From Candidatus Poribacteria bacterium (GTDB taxonomy: Bacteria; Poribacteria; WGA-4E; PCPOR2b), in NCBI GenBank assembly GCA_965208325.1, contig OZ242326.1:3552001-3616000 (forward strand): a stretch of 64,000 nt of DNA, given 5' to 3'. Below the pieces are notes generated by a model. The model saw nothing but the letters and a program-made list of their open reading frames with translations. It did no database searches and was not told where the DNA came from. This document shows positions 52,003 through 60,605 of this stretch, piece after piece (position 1 is the stretch's first letter; each line of letters opens with the position of its first letter). The position numbers and the translations under genes were made by a program.

Positions 52003-53814
52003 TTAAATGTCCCACAACAGCACTGTGCCATCGGTGCTTCCGCTGGCAAGCGTTTTTCCGTCTGGGCTAAATGCTACGCCATTCACTTGGGCCGTATGCC
52101 CGGAGAGCGTCCGGCGAGGTTTTCCCGTGCTGACATCCCATAAACGGACGGTGTTGTCCACACCCCCGCTTGCGATGTTGTGTCCATCGGGACTAAAGGC
52201 TACGCTCTCGACACATCCCTTATTCCCAGAGAGGGTGCGGAGGTGTTCGCCCGTACCAACTTTCCATAAACGGACGGTGAGGTCCCCACTCCCGCTTACG
52301 ATAGTTTGTCCATCGGGACTAAAGGCTACGCTCTCGACACGTTCCTGATGCCCAGAGAGTGTGCGGATTTGCTCGCCCGTGCTAACTTCCCATAGAAGGA
52401 TGGCGCCATCCGAGCTCCCGGTGGCGAGTGACTGTCCATCGGGGCTAAAGGCTACACTAGTGACGTGATTCTTAATCCATGTAAGTGTGTAAAGTTGTCT
52501 ACCTGTATTAACATCCCATATGATGGTTCTGGTTAAATCCCCGGTGGCGAGCATGTGCCCGTTGGGGCCAAACGCTATGTTATAGGCACTAATACAATCT
52601 CCGAGGGTGTGGAGGCGGTTGCCTGTGCTAACGTCCCATAAGATGATGTCTCCCACGCTCCCAGAAGCGAGTATCTGCCCATCTGGACTAAAAGCTACGC
52701 TCTCGACACTAGTCCGATGCCATGAAAGTGTGCGGCTGTGTCTACCCATACCAAACTCCCATAGATGAACTCTTGCGCCGAAATCACCCGTGCCCCCGCT
52801 AGCGAGCGTGTGTCCATCTGGACTAAAGGCGACACTCAGGACACTTTCCTGATGCCCAGAGAGTGTGTGGACGTGTTCGCCCGTGGCAACATTCCAAAAA
52901 CGGACGGTGTTGTCTGAGCTCCCGGTAGCGATAGTGGTTCCATCGGGACTAAAGGTTACGCTATTGACATCATGCGTATGCCCCGAGAGAGTGAAAAGAT
53001 GTTTCCCAGTGCCAACCTCCCATAAATAGATGATACCACGAGGGTAAGTTTGGCCTCCACTTGCCAGCGTGTTTCCATTTGGACTAAAGGCTAGGCTCAC
53101 ACTGTCTCCTGGAGGCCCAGAGAGGGTGTAGAGGTGTACACCGTCAACGCTCCATAAACATATGGAATTGTCCCTGCTTCTGCTAGCGAGCGTGTGTCCA
53201 TCCGGACTGAAAACTATACGTTTCAAATCGGAGGTATGCCCTCCGAGCGTGTGTATGAGTTTGCCCGTGCCAACATTCCATAAACGAACGGCATGGTCCC
53301 TCCATCCACCTGCGCTGGCGAGTGTTTCTCCACTGGGACTAAATGATATACTGACGACACCACCCGTATGCCCCGAGAGGGTACGGACGTGTCCGCCTGA
53401 GCCAACATCCCATATACGGATGGTACCGTCATGGCTTCCGCTAGCGATGATATTTCCGTCCAGACTAAAGGCTACGGTATTGACAATATCCGTATGTCCT
53501 GTGAGTGCACGGAAATGCCTACCCGTGTTGACATCCCAAAGACGGATACTTTCGTCCCAATTCCCGGTAGCGATTGTATTTCCATCCGGACTAAACGATA
53601 CGCTCAGGACATCACTCGTCGAATGCCTTGCGAGGAGAGCGAGCTCTTGACGGGTTTCAACATGATAAAGCCAAACGCCGATAGAGGTCGCGACCGCCAG
53701 ACGTGTATCGTCAGGAGAATACTGTATTTCCCTTATTATGCCTTTGCCCAAGCGGAGTTTTGCACTTTCGGGTAAACTGAATTGCGTATAGTCTAGTTCA
53801 AGCGGGTTATCCAC
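52003..53814 (-). CDS. WD40-repeat beta-propeller protein
   Basis: About 13 repeats of GH...V.SVAFSPDG..LASGS.D.TVRLW; N-terminal YTQFSLPESAKLRLGKG. Confidence 0.95.
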   Translation of the reverse strand: MDNPLELDYTQFSLPESAKLRLGKGIIREIQYSPDDTRLAVATSIGVWLYHVETRQELALLARHSTSDVLSVSFSPDGNTIATGNWDESIRLWDVNTGRHFRALTGHTDIVNTVAFSLDGNIIASGSHDGTIRIWDVGSGGHVRTLSGHTGGVVSISFSPSGETLASAGGWRDHAVRLWNVGTGKLIHTLGGHTSDLKRIVFSPDGHTLASRSRDNSICLWSVDGVHLYTLSGPPGDSVSLAFSPNGNTLASGGQTYPRGIIYLWEVGTGKHLFTLSGHTHDVNSVTFSPDGTTIATGSSDNTVRFWNVATGEHVHTLSGHQESVLSVAFSPDGHTLASGGTGDFGARVHLWEFGMGRHSRTLSWHRTSVESVAFSPDGQILASGSVGDIILWDVSTGNRLHTLGDCISAYNIAFGPNGHMLATGDLTRTIIWDVNTGRQLYTLTWIKNHVTSVAFSPDGQSLATGSSDGAILLWEVSTGEQIRTLSGHQERVESVAFSPDGQTIVSGSGDLTVRLWKVGTGEHLRTLSGNKGCVESVAFSPDGHNIASGGVDNTVRLWDVSTGKPRRTLSGHTAQVNGVAFSPDGKTLASGSTDGTVLLWDI

Positions 53815-53905
53815 GAGGTGAACTCTATTCTATCGCCTAATAAGTGGGCGGGTTAAAGATTTTGAGAAATTTTTACGCGGGACAGATTTGCAATGCGTCC
53901 AATAA

Positions 53906-54544
53906 TCATCGCGGTAGTGAGCCATATTTGGCAAACTCATTTGCCACCACCTCTGCAAGCTGCCGCACAATCTGTTCTGCATCATCAATGTCAGCTCTGG
54001 AATAAGAGGTTTCAACAAGGTTACTTGAATCAAGTTCTTGAATGCCGACCGCAAATTTATTTTCTGAACGGTGATAAAAGCGAGCCAATCCTCTTTGTAT
54101 CAGTGGCATACGCAACTCCTCTTCCCAACGAAGTGAAATTTCATCAAGGAGAATCGCACGGTATCCTTGGGGGGTCATATCAACTCGTAAGATAAATCCC
54201 CCCAAACTTAAATCATGACCTAAGTTGAATCGAAGACGAACGCGGGAGTCGATAGTCGTAATCTTTTCATTTTGGAACCAATTTATGTAAGCATCAAAAC
54301 GCGCTAGGGAGTTTTGAATCCTAGGTTTATTATTTAGTCTATAACTTTGAAACAACTTCTTGGTATACTCCCTAGCTTCTTGTAAATTCCCATCTCGGTG
54401 AAAGCGACAAATTCCTTCGCGGAGACAATGGTTGTAACTTGTTCCACGAAAAGTTGTATTAACTTGTTTTGAAACCCATTGGGACGGATTTCGCTGGCAT
54501 TGGGCAAGTTGACTGTGGCTGATTTTACTATGAGCGATTCTCAT
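53906..54544 (-). CDS. Degenerate RecB/AddB-like (PD-(D/E)XK fold) protein, last gene of the Qat-like operon
   Basis: ISHSQL..C..NP, GT..NH.L, L.G.I.RVD and ILLDE follow the RecB-family motif order but without DYK; ATGA overlap with the qatC-like gene. Confidence 0.45.
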   Translation of the reverse strand: MRIAHSKISHSQLAQCQRNPSQWVSKQVNTTFRGTSYNHCLREGICRFHRDGNLQEAREYTKKLFQSYRLNNKPRIQNSLARFDAYINWFQNEKITTIDSRVRLRFNLGHDLSLGGFILRVDMTPQGYRAILLDEISLRWEEELRMPLIQRGLARFYHRSENKFAVGIQELDSSNLVETSYSRADIDDAEQIVRQLAEVVANEFAKYGSLPR

Positions 54545-55842
54545 GACAGAAACGGGGTTAGGGCGGCATACCGACTGAGTACGGTCCGTGCTTCCCGTGA
54601 AAATCGTCTATACATTTCAATAACTTTATCAGCGTTAAGATTAAGCGAGTATAGTTCAGGCCACTCACTCATAATGTCTTCAGCTGACGATTCCTCGATT
54701 TTTACGACGAATTCCGTCAAATCGACGATGTTCCGCCGACCTATGTCCTCAGGGTCTATTTGACTGATTTTCTCTTCCCAACAATTTCTACCATATGCTG
54801 TCGAATCTTCAAAAATTAGGAATTCAACAGCGATACGCCGAATAAAGCATGGAATACATGCGCCGCAATGTGTGATACCAGCAGGAAGACGAGAATTACG
54901 CCAACAACTGTTTGTTATCGGAATTATGTCGGGAAAGAGGTTTATGACCTTCTTGACAACTTCTGCTTTCGTCAAATGAACATACGGATTTAAAATTTGG
55001 AACGGCGCATCGAGTGCTTCCGCCAAAAAGACCTCCATACCGACTAAAATGTCTGGATGGGCTGTATGTGTGGAGAATGCTCCAATTCGACCTTGCGTCA
55101 ACGGTAGATGAATAGCCATCTGTCCATTCTCCGCGAGATAGACTATTTCGACTTGCCCCGTTCGGCGCGCTACAAGCGCACCGAGCACAAGAAAGAGAAA
55201 CGAGCGTGTTCGTTGACTACTTTCTACGTCATGGTCCAATTGGCTTGGTCCGCCGTCCCGCGAAGAAACGAAAAATCGGTAGTGCGGGAGATTCAATCCA
55301 CGATTTTTTAGTTCTGCAGCTAAATTTATCTGTGCCTGCGCTGTTGCCCGATTTCGTGTTATGTGGCTTACGAGTTGTAGCGTTTTCTCCTTTTGGCCAA
55401 ACTCGATGGCGGCAGCAAGCGAGTCCAATCCTCCGGAAAAGAGAAGTGTTCGCCCGCCTCCTTGAGTAACCTGTATATTCTTTTCGGGATCGCCAGATAC
55501 TTGTCTCAAATTAACCCTCCAGGCGTCATTTGAGAGATTTCGGAGAATCTCTTCGATTCTCGAAGTGATTGGCTGTAAGCGAATAGAATTGACAACCGGT
55601 ATCTGTAGTTCAATTCGTCTGGAAATGTCCTCTCGGACACCACGGGCCGTGGCTCGGTCTGCCGCAAAGATGGACGCACCAATCAGCAACAAATCCGATT
55701 CCAAACTCGTCAACGATCCAAATACTTTCTCAAAACGATCTTCTCCTGTAGACAGGTTCTTTCCCACTTCAAGTATGTGATCGCATTTTCCATCCTCATT
55801 GCCTCCTCGACGGACAAAATATGAAATCATTGCGTACTCCAC
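54541..55842 (-). CDS. qatC: QueC-like protein of the QatC type
   Basis: N-terminal extension (DLL.I...IFAADR...R); PP-loop LFSGGLDS; QRTRSFLF; ENG; STHTAHP; NPY..TKAEVV; zinc motif SC..HCGACIPCFIRR. Confidence 0.8.
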   Translation of the reverse strand: MEYAMISYFVRRGGNEDGKCDHILEVGKNLSTGEDRFEKVFGSLTSLESDLLLIGASIFAADRATARGVREDISRRIELQIPVVNSIRLQPITSRIEEILRNLSNDAWRVNLRQVSGDPEKNIQVTQGGGRTLLFSGGLDSLAAAIEFGQKEKTLQLVSHITRNRATAQAQINLAAELKNRGLNLPHYRFFVSSRDGGPSQLDHDVESSQRTRSFLFLVLGALVARRTGQVEIVYLAENGQMAIHLPLTQGRIGAFSTHTAHPDILVGMEVFLAEALDAPFQILNPYVHLTKAEVVKKVINLFPDIIPITNSCWRNSRLPAGITHCGACIPCFIRRIAVEFLIFEDSTAYGRNCWEEKISQIDPEDIGRRNIVDLTEFVVKIEESSAEDIMSEWPELYSLNLNADKVIEMYRRFSREARTVLSRYAALTPFLS

Positions 55843-56399
55843 TCTCCGCTAAGGGATGCAATCACGGCAGAAATATAATTCCGCCATCCTCGTGGATTGG
55901 CGGTTATGGGGGCTACGGCTCTTGCGGCATCGCGTGCGATGTTACGCAGATTTTCTTTGAGAGCGATCGAATCGGTTGTTGTTTGAATACGCCCCGAAGC
56001 CCCGACGAAGGAAGGTAAATCGCGGGAAGCATAGTATGATATAGCTTCAGCAAAAAGTTCTGCAGCAAACCCAACGGAACCGCTTTCGGTTGCTGATGCA
56101 CGTGCCAACGCTCGTTTGGCCATATCAAAAGTGAGACCTACTGCGTACTGTTCATTCAATGAATGGTTAAATGATTGAACAGCGTTTGCGGGCGGTAACC
56201 TCTGCTCGGCAATTTCACACGCCGACGCTATTAATGGATTCGCCAACTCTTCAATCAATCGTCCATCTCGATCCATAACGGCCGATCGCCAGAGTTCCTC
56301 GCTCTGTCGCTCGACAGGCCAGTTCAAGTCGCCTAATACAGCTAGCACTGGTCGCCAGTTGGGTGTATTCGGGGATGATTGATTGCTCGATGTTCCCAC
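55827..56399 (-). CDS. QatB-like protein with an N-terminal MGTS motif
   Basis: GGAG RBS, GTG start, MGTSSNQSSP..W; helical; immediately upstream of and overlapping the qatC-like gene. Confidence 0.6.
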   Translation of the reverse strand: MGTSSNQSSPNTPNWRPVLAVLGDLNWPVERQSEELWRSAVMDRDGRLIEELANPLIASACEIAEQRLPPANAVQSFNHSLNEQYAVGLTFDMAKRALARASATESGSVGFAAELFAEAISYYASRDLPSFVGASGRIQTTTDSIALKENLRNIARDAARAVAPITANPRGWRNYISAVIASLSGEWSTQ

Positions 56400-56401
56400 G
56401 A

Positions 56402-57331
56402 CTAAACTCCGTTTTTTATACGTTCATCATCAACAGCCTGCAATTCTTTCTCAATGACGCTGAAATGAATACGTCCGCCCTTAAAAACTTGATTCCACCG
56501 GATACCATTACGAACGTCTGGTTTCCGTCTGAAAAGATTGACAGTTGCCGCAAGAACATTGGCATCAATAAAAGATAAGGGCACTTTGGCTTCAGCGCTA
56601 AATTCCAGACACAGTTCTAATAATCGAGCATCGTCCTGTTTAAATTCGGAAGAAGAGACAAGTGCCCCGTACAATTCCACATGACCACGCTGCCTGACGC
56701 GTTGCTGTTCAACATATTCAGCGAGCGGGCGTAACTTCGACCATACGACGTTAAAGCCGTCAGCAGATGCTTTTGTATCAACGACGAGGATCTGGCTTGT
56801 AGGTATTTGAGCCAGCATATCGCTGACACGACGACCACTTAAACGACCACCCAATCTTCTAACACGGCGTCCGAAAATAAATTCTAATCCGGAACAGACC
56901 AAATCCTCAAAAATTAACCACGCTTCGCCTTGTGTTTCACCAGCGGGCAACTGGTTCTTTGCGGCGGTTATCAAAGCTTGCTCGTACTCCGGGCTGAGCG
57001 CATGCCACGATGGAACCGCCCCACCAAGTGCTTCAGTAAAGTCTTCCCACGAAATTGTCTTTTCACTTGGTATGGGAGATACAATAACTGGGGTACGATT
57101 TTGATTTTGAGCGGAATGGTAAATGTCATCGATCTCCGGCTCAGACAGTTCATCAAGATCGGTGACAGCAATCAGGTATGGGATGCTCGCCCCAAGAATA
57201 TCTGTTCGTTTACATCGAATTTCGATATGACGAGGTTGCCTATGGCTACCCTCTATAGAATAGCCGGCAACGATTAGTGTCCGAGTAGCGGTTTGCGTTT
57301 GGGGGAAAGTTAAGTGACCGTCGTCCACCAT
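56402..57331 (-). CDS. PD-(D/E)XK restriction-endonuclease-like protein, first gene of the Qat-like operon
   Basis: C-terminal FEDLV...LEFIFG...LGG...VSD...VVDTK motif; probable start MVDDG after AGGA. Confidence 0.6.
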   Translation of the reverse strand: MVDDGHLTFPQTQTATRTLIVAGYSIEGSHRQPRHIEIRCKRTDILGASIPYLIAVTDLDELSEPEIDDIYHSAQNQNRTPVIVSPIPSEKTISWEDFTEALGGAVPSWHALSPEYEQALITAAKNQLPAGETQGEAWLIFEDLVCSGLEFIFGRRVRRLGGRLSGRRVSDMLAQIPTSQILVVDTKASADGFNVVWSKLRPLAEYVEQQRVRQRGHVELYGALVSSSEFKQDDARLLELCLEFSAEAKVPLSFIDANVLAATVNLFRRKPDVRNGIRWNQVFKGGRIHFSVIEKELQAVDDERIKNGV

Positions 57332-57570
57332 TTTATTCCTGCTTGATCGAATTATCCCTTTATTGCTAAGATTCGATTCCATTTGCAACACTCAATTTGA
57401 GACGTATTCATTACAGAGCCATTCAGAAAATCTGCTAGTTAGAGAAAGATTAGTGTTGGCAGCTTTCAGTTGGGTTTTTATCGCCATTGCTATTCGCTCG
57501 CTTAATTCGTTGGTAAGGGGGAGGATATACCGAACAGATTCAGAATTTGGAGCAGAGTTCATTTATTCTT

Positions 57571-58686
57571 TTATTGCGACCTGCCTCTGGCGGTGATTTC
57601 CCAGATGGATTCGACGGTGTCGTTTCGGAGGGCGTAGTAGCGGTTGTGGAGGTTTACGGTGGTGCAGCAGTGGGTGGGCACGATTTCGATTTTGTCGCCG
57701 GGTTGGAGATTAACGTCGCCTTGCGCGGTCATTTTGCCGTGTTCTTCAGAAAGCCCAGTCATCTCCAAGCCTGCAATCCCTGCGGGCTGCGGGATTCCGA
57801 ATTCTTTAGCCAGGACTTTCAGCCCAGCATCGACTATGACCCGCGACGGATTCGGACGACTCACGACAGCGGTCATTACCGTCAATGAACTGGCGAAGCG
57901 ATCGCCAATCCCTTCGACATCACCGTAAGTCGAATCCATGAAGATATAGGATCCCGCTTGGATTTCGGTCATTTCGGGGTGTGTGCCGGTAATTGCATAA
58001 GTGCCTGTGCCTCCGCCGCTCATAATCTTGACCGGTACGCCGTTACGTTCGAGTACGTCTTTGGTCTCAACGAGCAGCTCGACGGATTCGTCCGTCTGTT
58101 TTTTCCGTTCAGCGAATGACGGTATGGCGACGGTATGCCCCTCATAACCCATCAACCCTTCAAATTGAAGCCCAGTGGATTTCAGGACGAGACGCGCCAA
58201 GTCGAGCGTGGGTTTCCCGGGTTCCGTGCCGCAGCGGTTCATACCGGTATCGACTTCGATAAGTATTCGCAGCGTTACGCCTTTTGCTTCCGCGGCAGCC
58301 GAAAGTTGAGCGACGTTATGCGGGTCGTCGACAGCGACCATAATTTCCGAGTGACCGGCAAGGTTGACCAGACGGGCAATCTTCGCCGCACCAATAATCT
58401 GATTAGCGATGAGCACATCGCGGATGCCTGCGTGGACCAAGGCTTCAGCTTCACCGAGTTTGGCGCAGGTTATACCGATCGCGCCCGCTTCGATCTGTTT
58501 GTGTGCGATGATTGGGGTCTTGTGCGTTTTTGCGTGTGGGCGGAGATCTGCATTGACAGATTTGAAGAAGTCCGCCATCTTCCGGATATTCGCCTCCATA
58601 ATGTCCAAATCAATTAGCAGCGCCGGGGTGTCAATTTCCGATTTGGGGGCGCCAATGAGTGTATCGAGATGCGGTGACGACATCAA
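57571..58686 (-). CDS. DSD1 / D-threonine aldolase family PLP enzyme
   Basis: TPALLID, RPHAKTHK, YEGH, SGGGTGT, GSYIFMD, SEEHG, HCCTTVNL. Confidence 0.9.
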   Translation of the reverse strand: MMSSPHLDTLIGAPKSEIDTPALLIDLDIMEANIRKMADFFKSVNADLRPHAKTHKTPIIAHKQIEAGAIGITCAKLGEAEALVHAGIRDVLIANQIIGAAKIARLVNLAGHSEIMVAVDDPHNVAQLSAAAEAKGVTLRILIEVDTGMNRCGTEPGKPTLDLARLVLKSTGLQFEGLMGYEGHTVAIPSFAERKKQTDESVELLVETKDVLERNGVPVKIMSGGGTGTYAITGTHPEMTEIQAGSYIFMDSTYGDVEGIGDRFASSLTVMTAVVSRPNPSRVIVDAGLKVLAKEFGIPQPAGIAGLEMTGLSEEHGKMTAQGDVNLQPGDKIEIVPTHCCTTVNLHNRYYALRNDTVESIWEITARGRSQ

Positions 58687-58695
58687 TTCGTCTCC

Positions 58696-59703
58696 TTAGA
58701 GCTGTTTAACGGGATTGGAGAGTACGCCGAGTTCATCGACTTCGATTTGAACGACATCGCCGGGCGCCAACGGCAACTCATTCGGGACGATGATGCCGGT
58801 GCCGGTAGAGACTACGGTGCCGATAGGGATGGGGTTGTCTCGGCAGAGAAATTCGGTTAGTTCTTCAAACTTCCATTTGATTTGAGACGTGTTCACGTCG
58901 CCCTCGTAGAGCAACTCGCCGCCGCGGATAATGGTGCATTTGATATTCAGATTGTAAGGGTCGTCGATTTCGGACGGTGTGACGAACATGGGACCCAGCG
59001 CGCAGCAACCGTAGAATACCTTCGATGGAGGCAGGTAAAGCGGATTTTCACGTTCGATGTCCCAAGCGGAGACATCGTTACAGATTGTATATCCGACGAT
59101 TTCTCCGTCCGCGCCAAGGATATAAGCCAATTCAGGCTCAGTTGCGGTGAGTTTAGAGTCGCTCCGAATACCGATAAAGTCGTTGGGGCCGGCGCATCGG
59201 GACTTCGTTCCTTTGAAGAAGATTTCCGGGCGGTTTGAGTGATAGACGCGGCTGTAAATGTCCTGTTCACTGTCATCATCGCGCATTTCGGCGCTGCGTT
59301 TGTAGGTCACACCGCAACCCCACACCTCTGGCGGATCAATCGGCAGCAAGAGGTGAGGCACGTTCAAATCCGGCGTGGTGTTGAGATCTGATAGTTTGAG
59401 CGAATCTTTATCGCGGCTAGCCTGGTTAGGAAGAACGGCTTCGGTTGAGCCGCTAGCAAAATGATCTTGAATATCTGCCAGCAGAACGCCCATGCTGACT
59501 CCCTCTTTGTAGGAGAGTTTAATCAGTTCAAGGACATCCGGCGCTTCGCCGCTGGTAACATCAATAATTACTTCGTCGGGCTCTAACCGACGCGTCATCA
59601 AGCCGCGATCGCCGTCGCTGGCGATGTCGGTAGCCAAGTCGCCTCGCGTTACGATGCCGACGCGTTTGCCAAGGCCAGGTTGATAGAATTGTATCAGTTT
59701 CAT
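58696..59703 (-). CDS. Fumarylacetoacetate hydrolase family protein (2-keto-3-deoxypentonate dehydratase-like)
   Basis: EVWGCGVTY.RS, RPEIFFK, EPEL, NDVSAWDIE.ENPLYLP, TGTGI. Confidence 0.85.
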   Translation of the reverse strand: MKLIQFYQPGLGKRVGIVTRGDLATDIASDGDRGLMTRRLEPDEVIIDVTSGEAPDVLELIKLSYKEGVSMGVLLADIQDHFASGSTEAVLPNQASRDKDSLKLSDLNTTPDLNVPHLLLPIDPPEVWGCGVTYKRSAEMRDDDSEQDIYSRVYHSNRPEIFFKGTKSRCAGPNDFIGIRSDSKLTATEPELAYILGADGEIVGYTICNDVSAWDIERENPLYLPPSKVFYGCCALGPMFVTPSEIDDPYNLNIKCTIIRGGELLYEGDVNTSQIKWKFEELTEFLCRDNPIPIGTVVSTGTGIIVPNELPLAPGDVVQIEVDELGVLSNPVKQL

Positions 59704-59806
59704 CTTTTTCCTTAAGATTATGAGGAATTACGCAAATTGAACAGAGTTCGCTCAGTCGATACTATACGGTCGCTTGATTCCACCAAATCCCTTACTCCAG
59801 CATTGC

Positions 59807-59896
59807 GCGGGGCAAGATGCCCCGCCTACAGGGCGTGCTGGCGCGTGCGGGGCAAGATGCCCCGCCTACAAGGCGTGGTGGCACACGCGGGGCAAG
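59807..59896. repeat. Tandem REP-like palindromes with a 40 bp period
   Basis: GCGGGGCAAGATGCCCCGCCTAC at 59807 and 59847; partial third copy at 59887. Confidence 0.85.
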
Positions 59897-59997
59897 GAAG
59901 ATCTCTATCGCACGCGCACGGGATTTACTATCGCCTTCGCTATTCGCTCAGTTGATTCCCCATCTGGGGCTGTGTGAAATGAATTTCCAAATAGGTT

Positions 59998-60450
59998 CTA
60001 TCGTGTTGTTGCCGATTGTGCCAGTGTCTCAACGCCTTTAAAGAATTTGCCGATTGTCATTTTGGCTGCCCCAGTGATGATTCTTTGACCGACGCGGGCA
60101 AGTTTTCCGCCGACATTCAATTTTCCATCAAGTGCGACTCCGGTCTGATTTTGTTCGGTTTCCTTCAGTGTAAAATCGCAGAAGCCATTGATGAATCCAA
60201 TCTTGCTGGCGCCTTCGACGACGAGCCGGTATGCTAACACCGGTTGTTTGTTTTCCATCTTCACAATGCCGGTATACACGCCTTTGATTCCAGCAACGCC
60301 GACATTTAGTACCGCTTCGTAAGCGTCATCGCCAATCGATTTGAGTCCTTCACATCCTGGGATACACTGCTGCAGGTACTCAGGATGTGTAAGATACTCC
60401 CAAACTCTTGCAGGAGCCGCAGAAACTGTGTATTCGCCTTTGATTTTCAT
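59998..60450 (-). CDS. coxG: CoxG / SRPBCC family protein
   Basis: VWEYL..P..L..CIPGC, VGGKLA.VGQR. Confidence 0.88.
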   Translation of the reverse strand: MKIKGEYTVSAAPARVWEYLTHPEYLQQCIPGCEGLKSIGDDAYEAVLNVGVAGIKGVYTGIVKMENKQPVLAYRLVVEGASKIGFINGFCDFTLKETEQNQTGVALDGKLNVGGKLARVGQRIITGAAKMTIGKFFKGVETLAQSATTR

Positions 60451-60605
60451 GGTTACATTGCCTCAACCGGCACTGCAACTGATACCGGTATTGGCACCGG
60501 TTCATCCAATATCGCTAGATTGTATCTATCTTGGCGGGGAACTGCTAGTGCTTTCTCATACTGCTAAAGTTATCGGCTTCACTGGTGGATAGTGCAGTAC
60601 AAATA

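Noticed and set aside
52003..53814. Diversity-generating retroelement or DNA repeat array
   Set aside because: The repeats are explained by WD40 coding units; no reverse transcriptase or template/variable repeat pair is seen.
53906..54544. Cas4 gene
   Set aside because: No four-cysteine Fe-S motif, no array and no other cas genes.
54541..55842. Housekeeping queC for queuosine synthesis
   Set aside because: About twice the usual QueC length, carries QatC-type motifs, and has no que or tgt neighbours.
59807..59896. CRISPR-like repeat-spacer pattern
   Set aside because: Only about 2.5 units; the 17 bp 'spacers' resemble each other; repeats end in CCTAC like REPs; no cas genes in the window.
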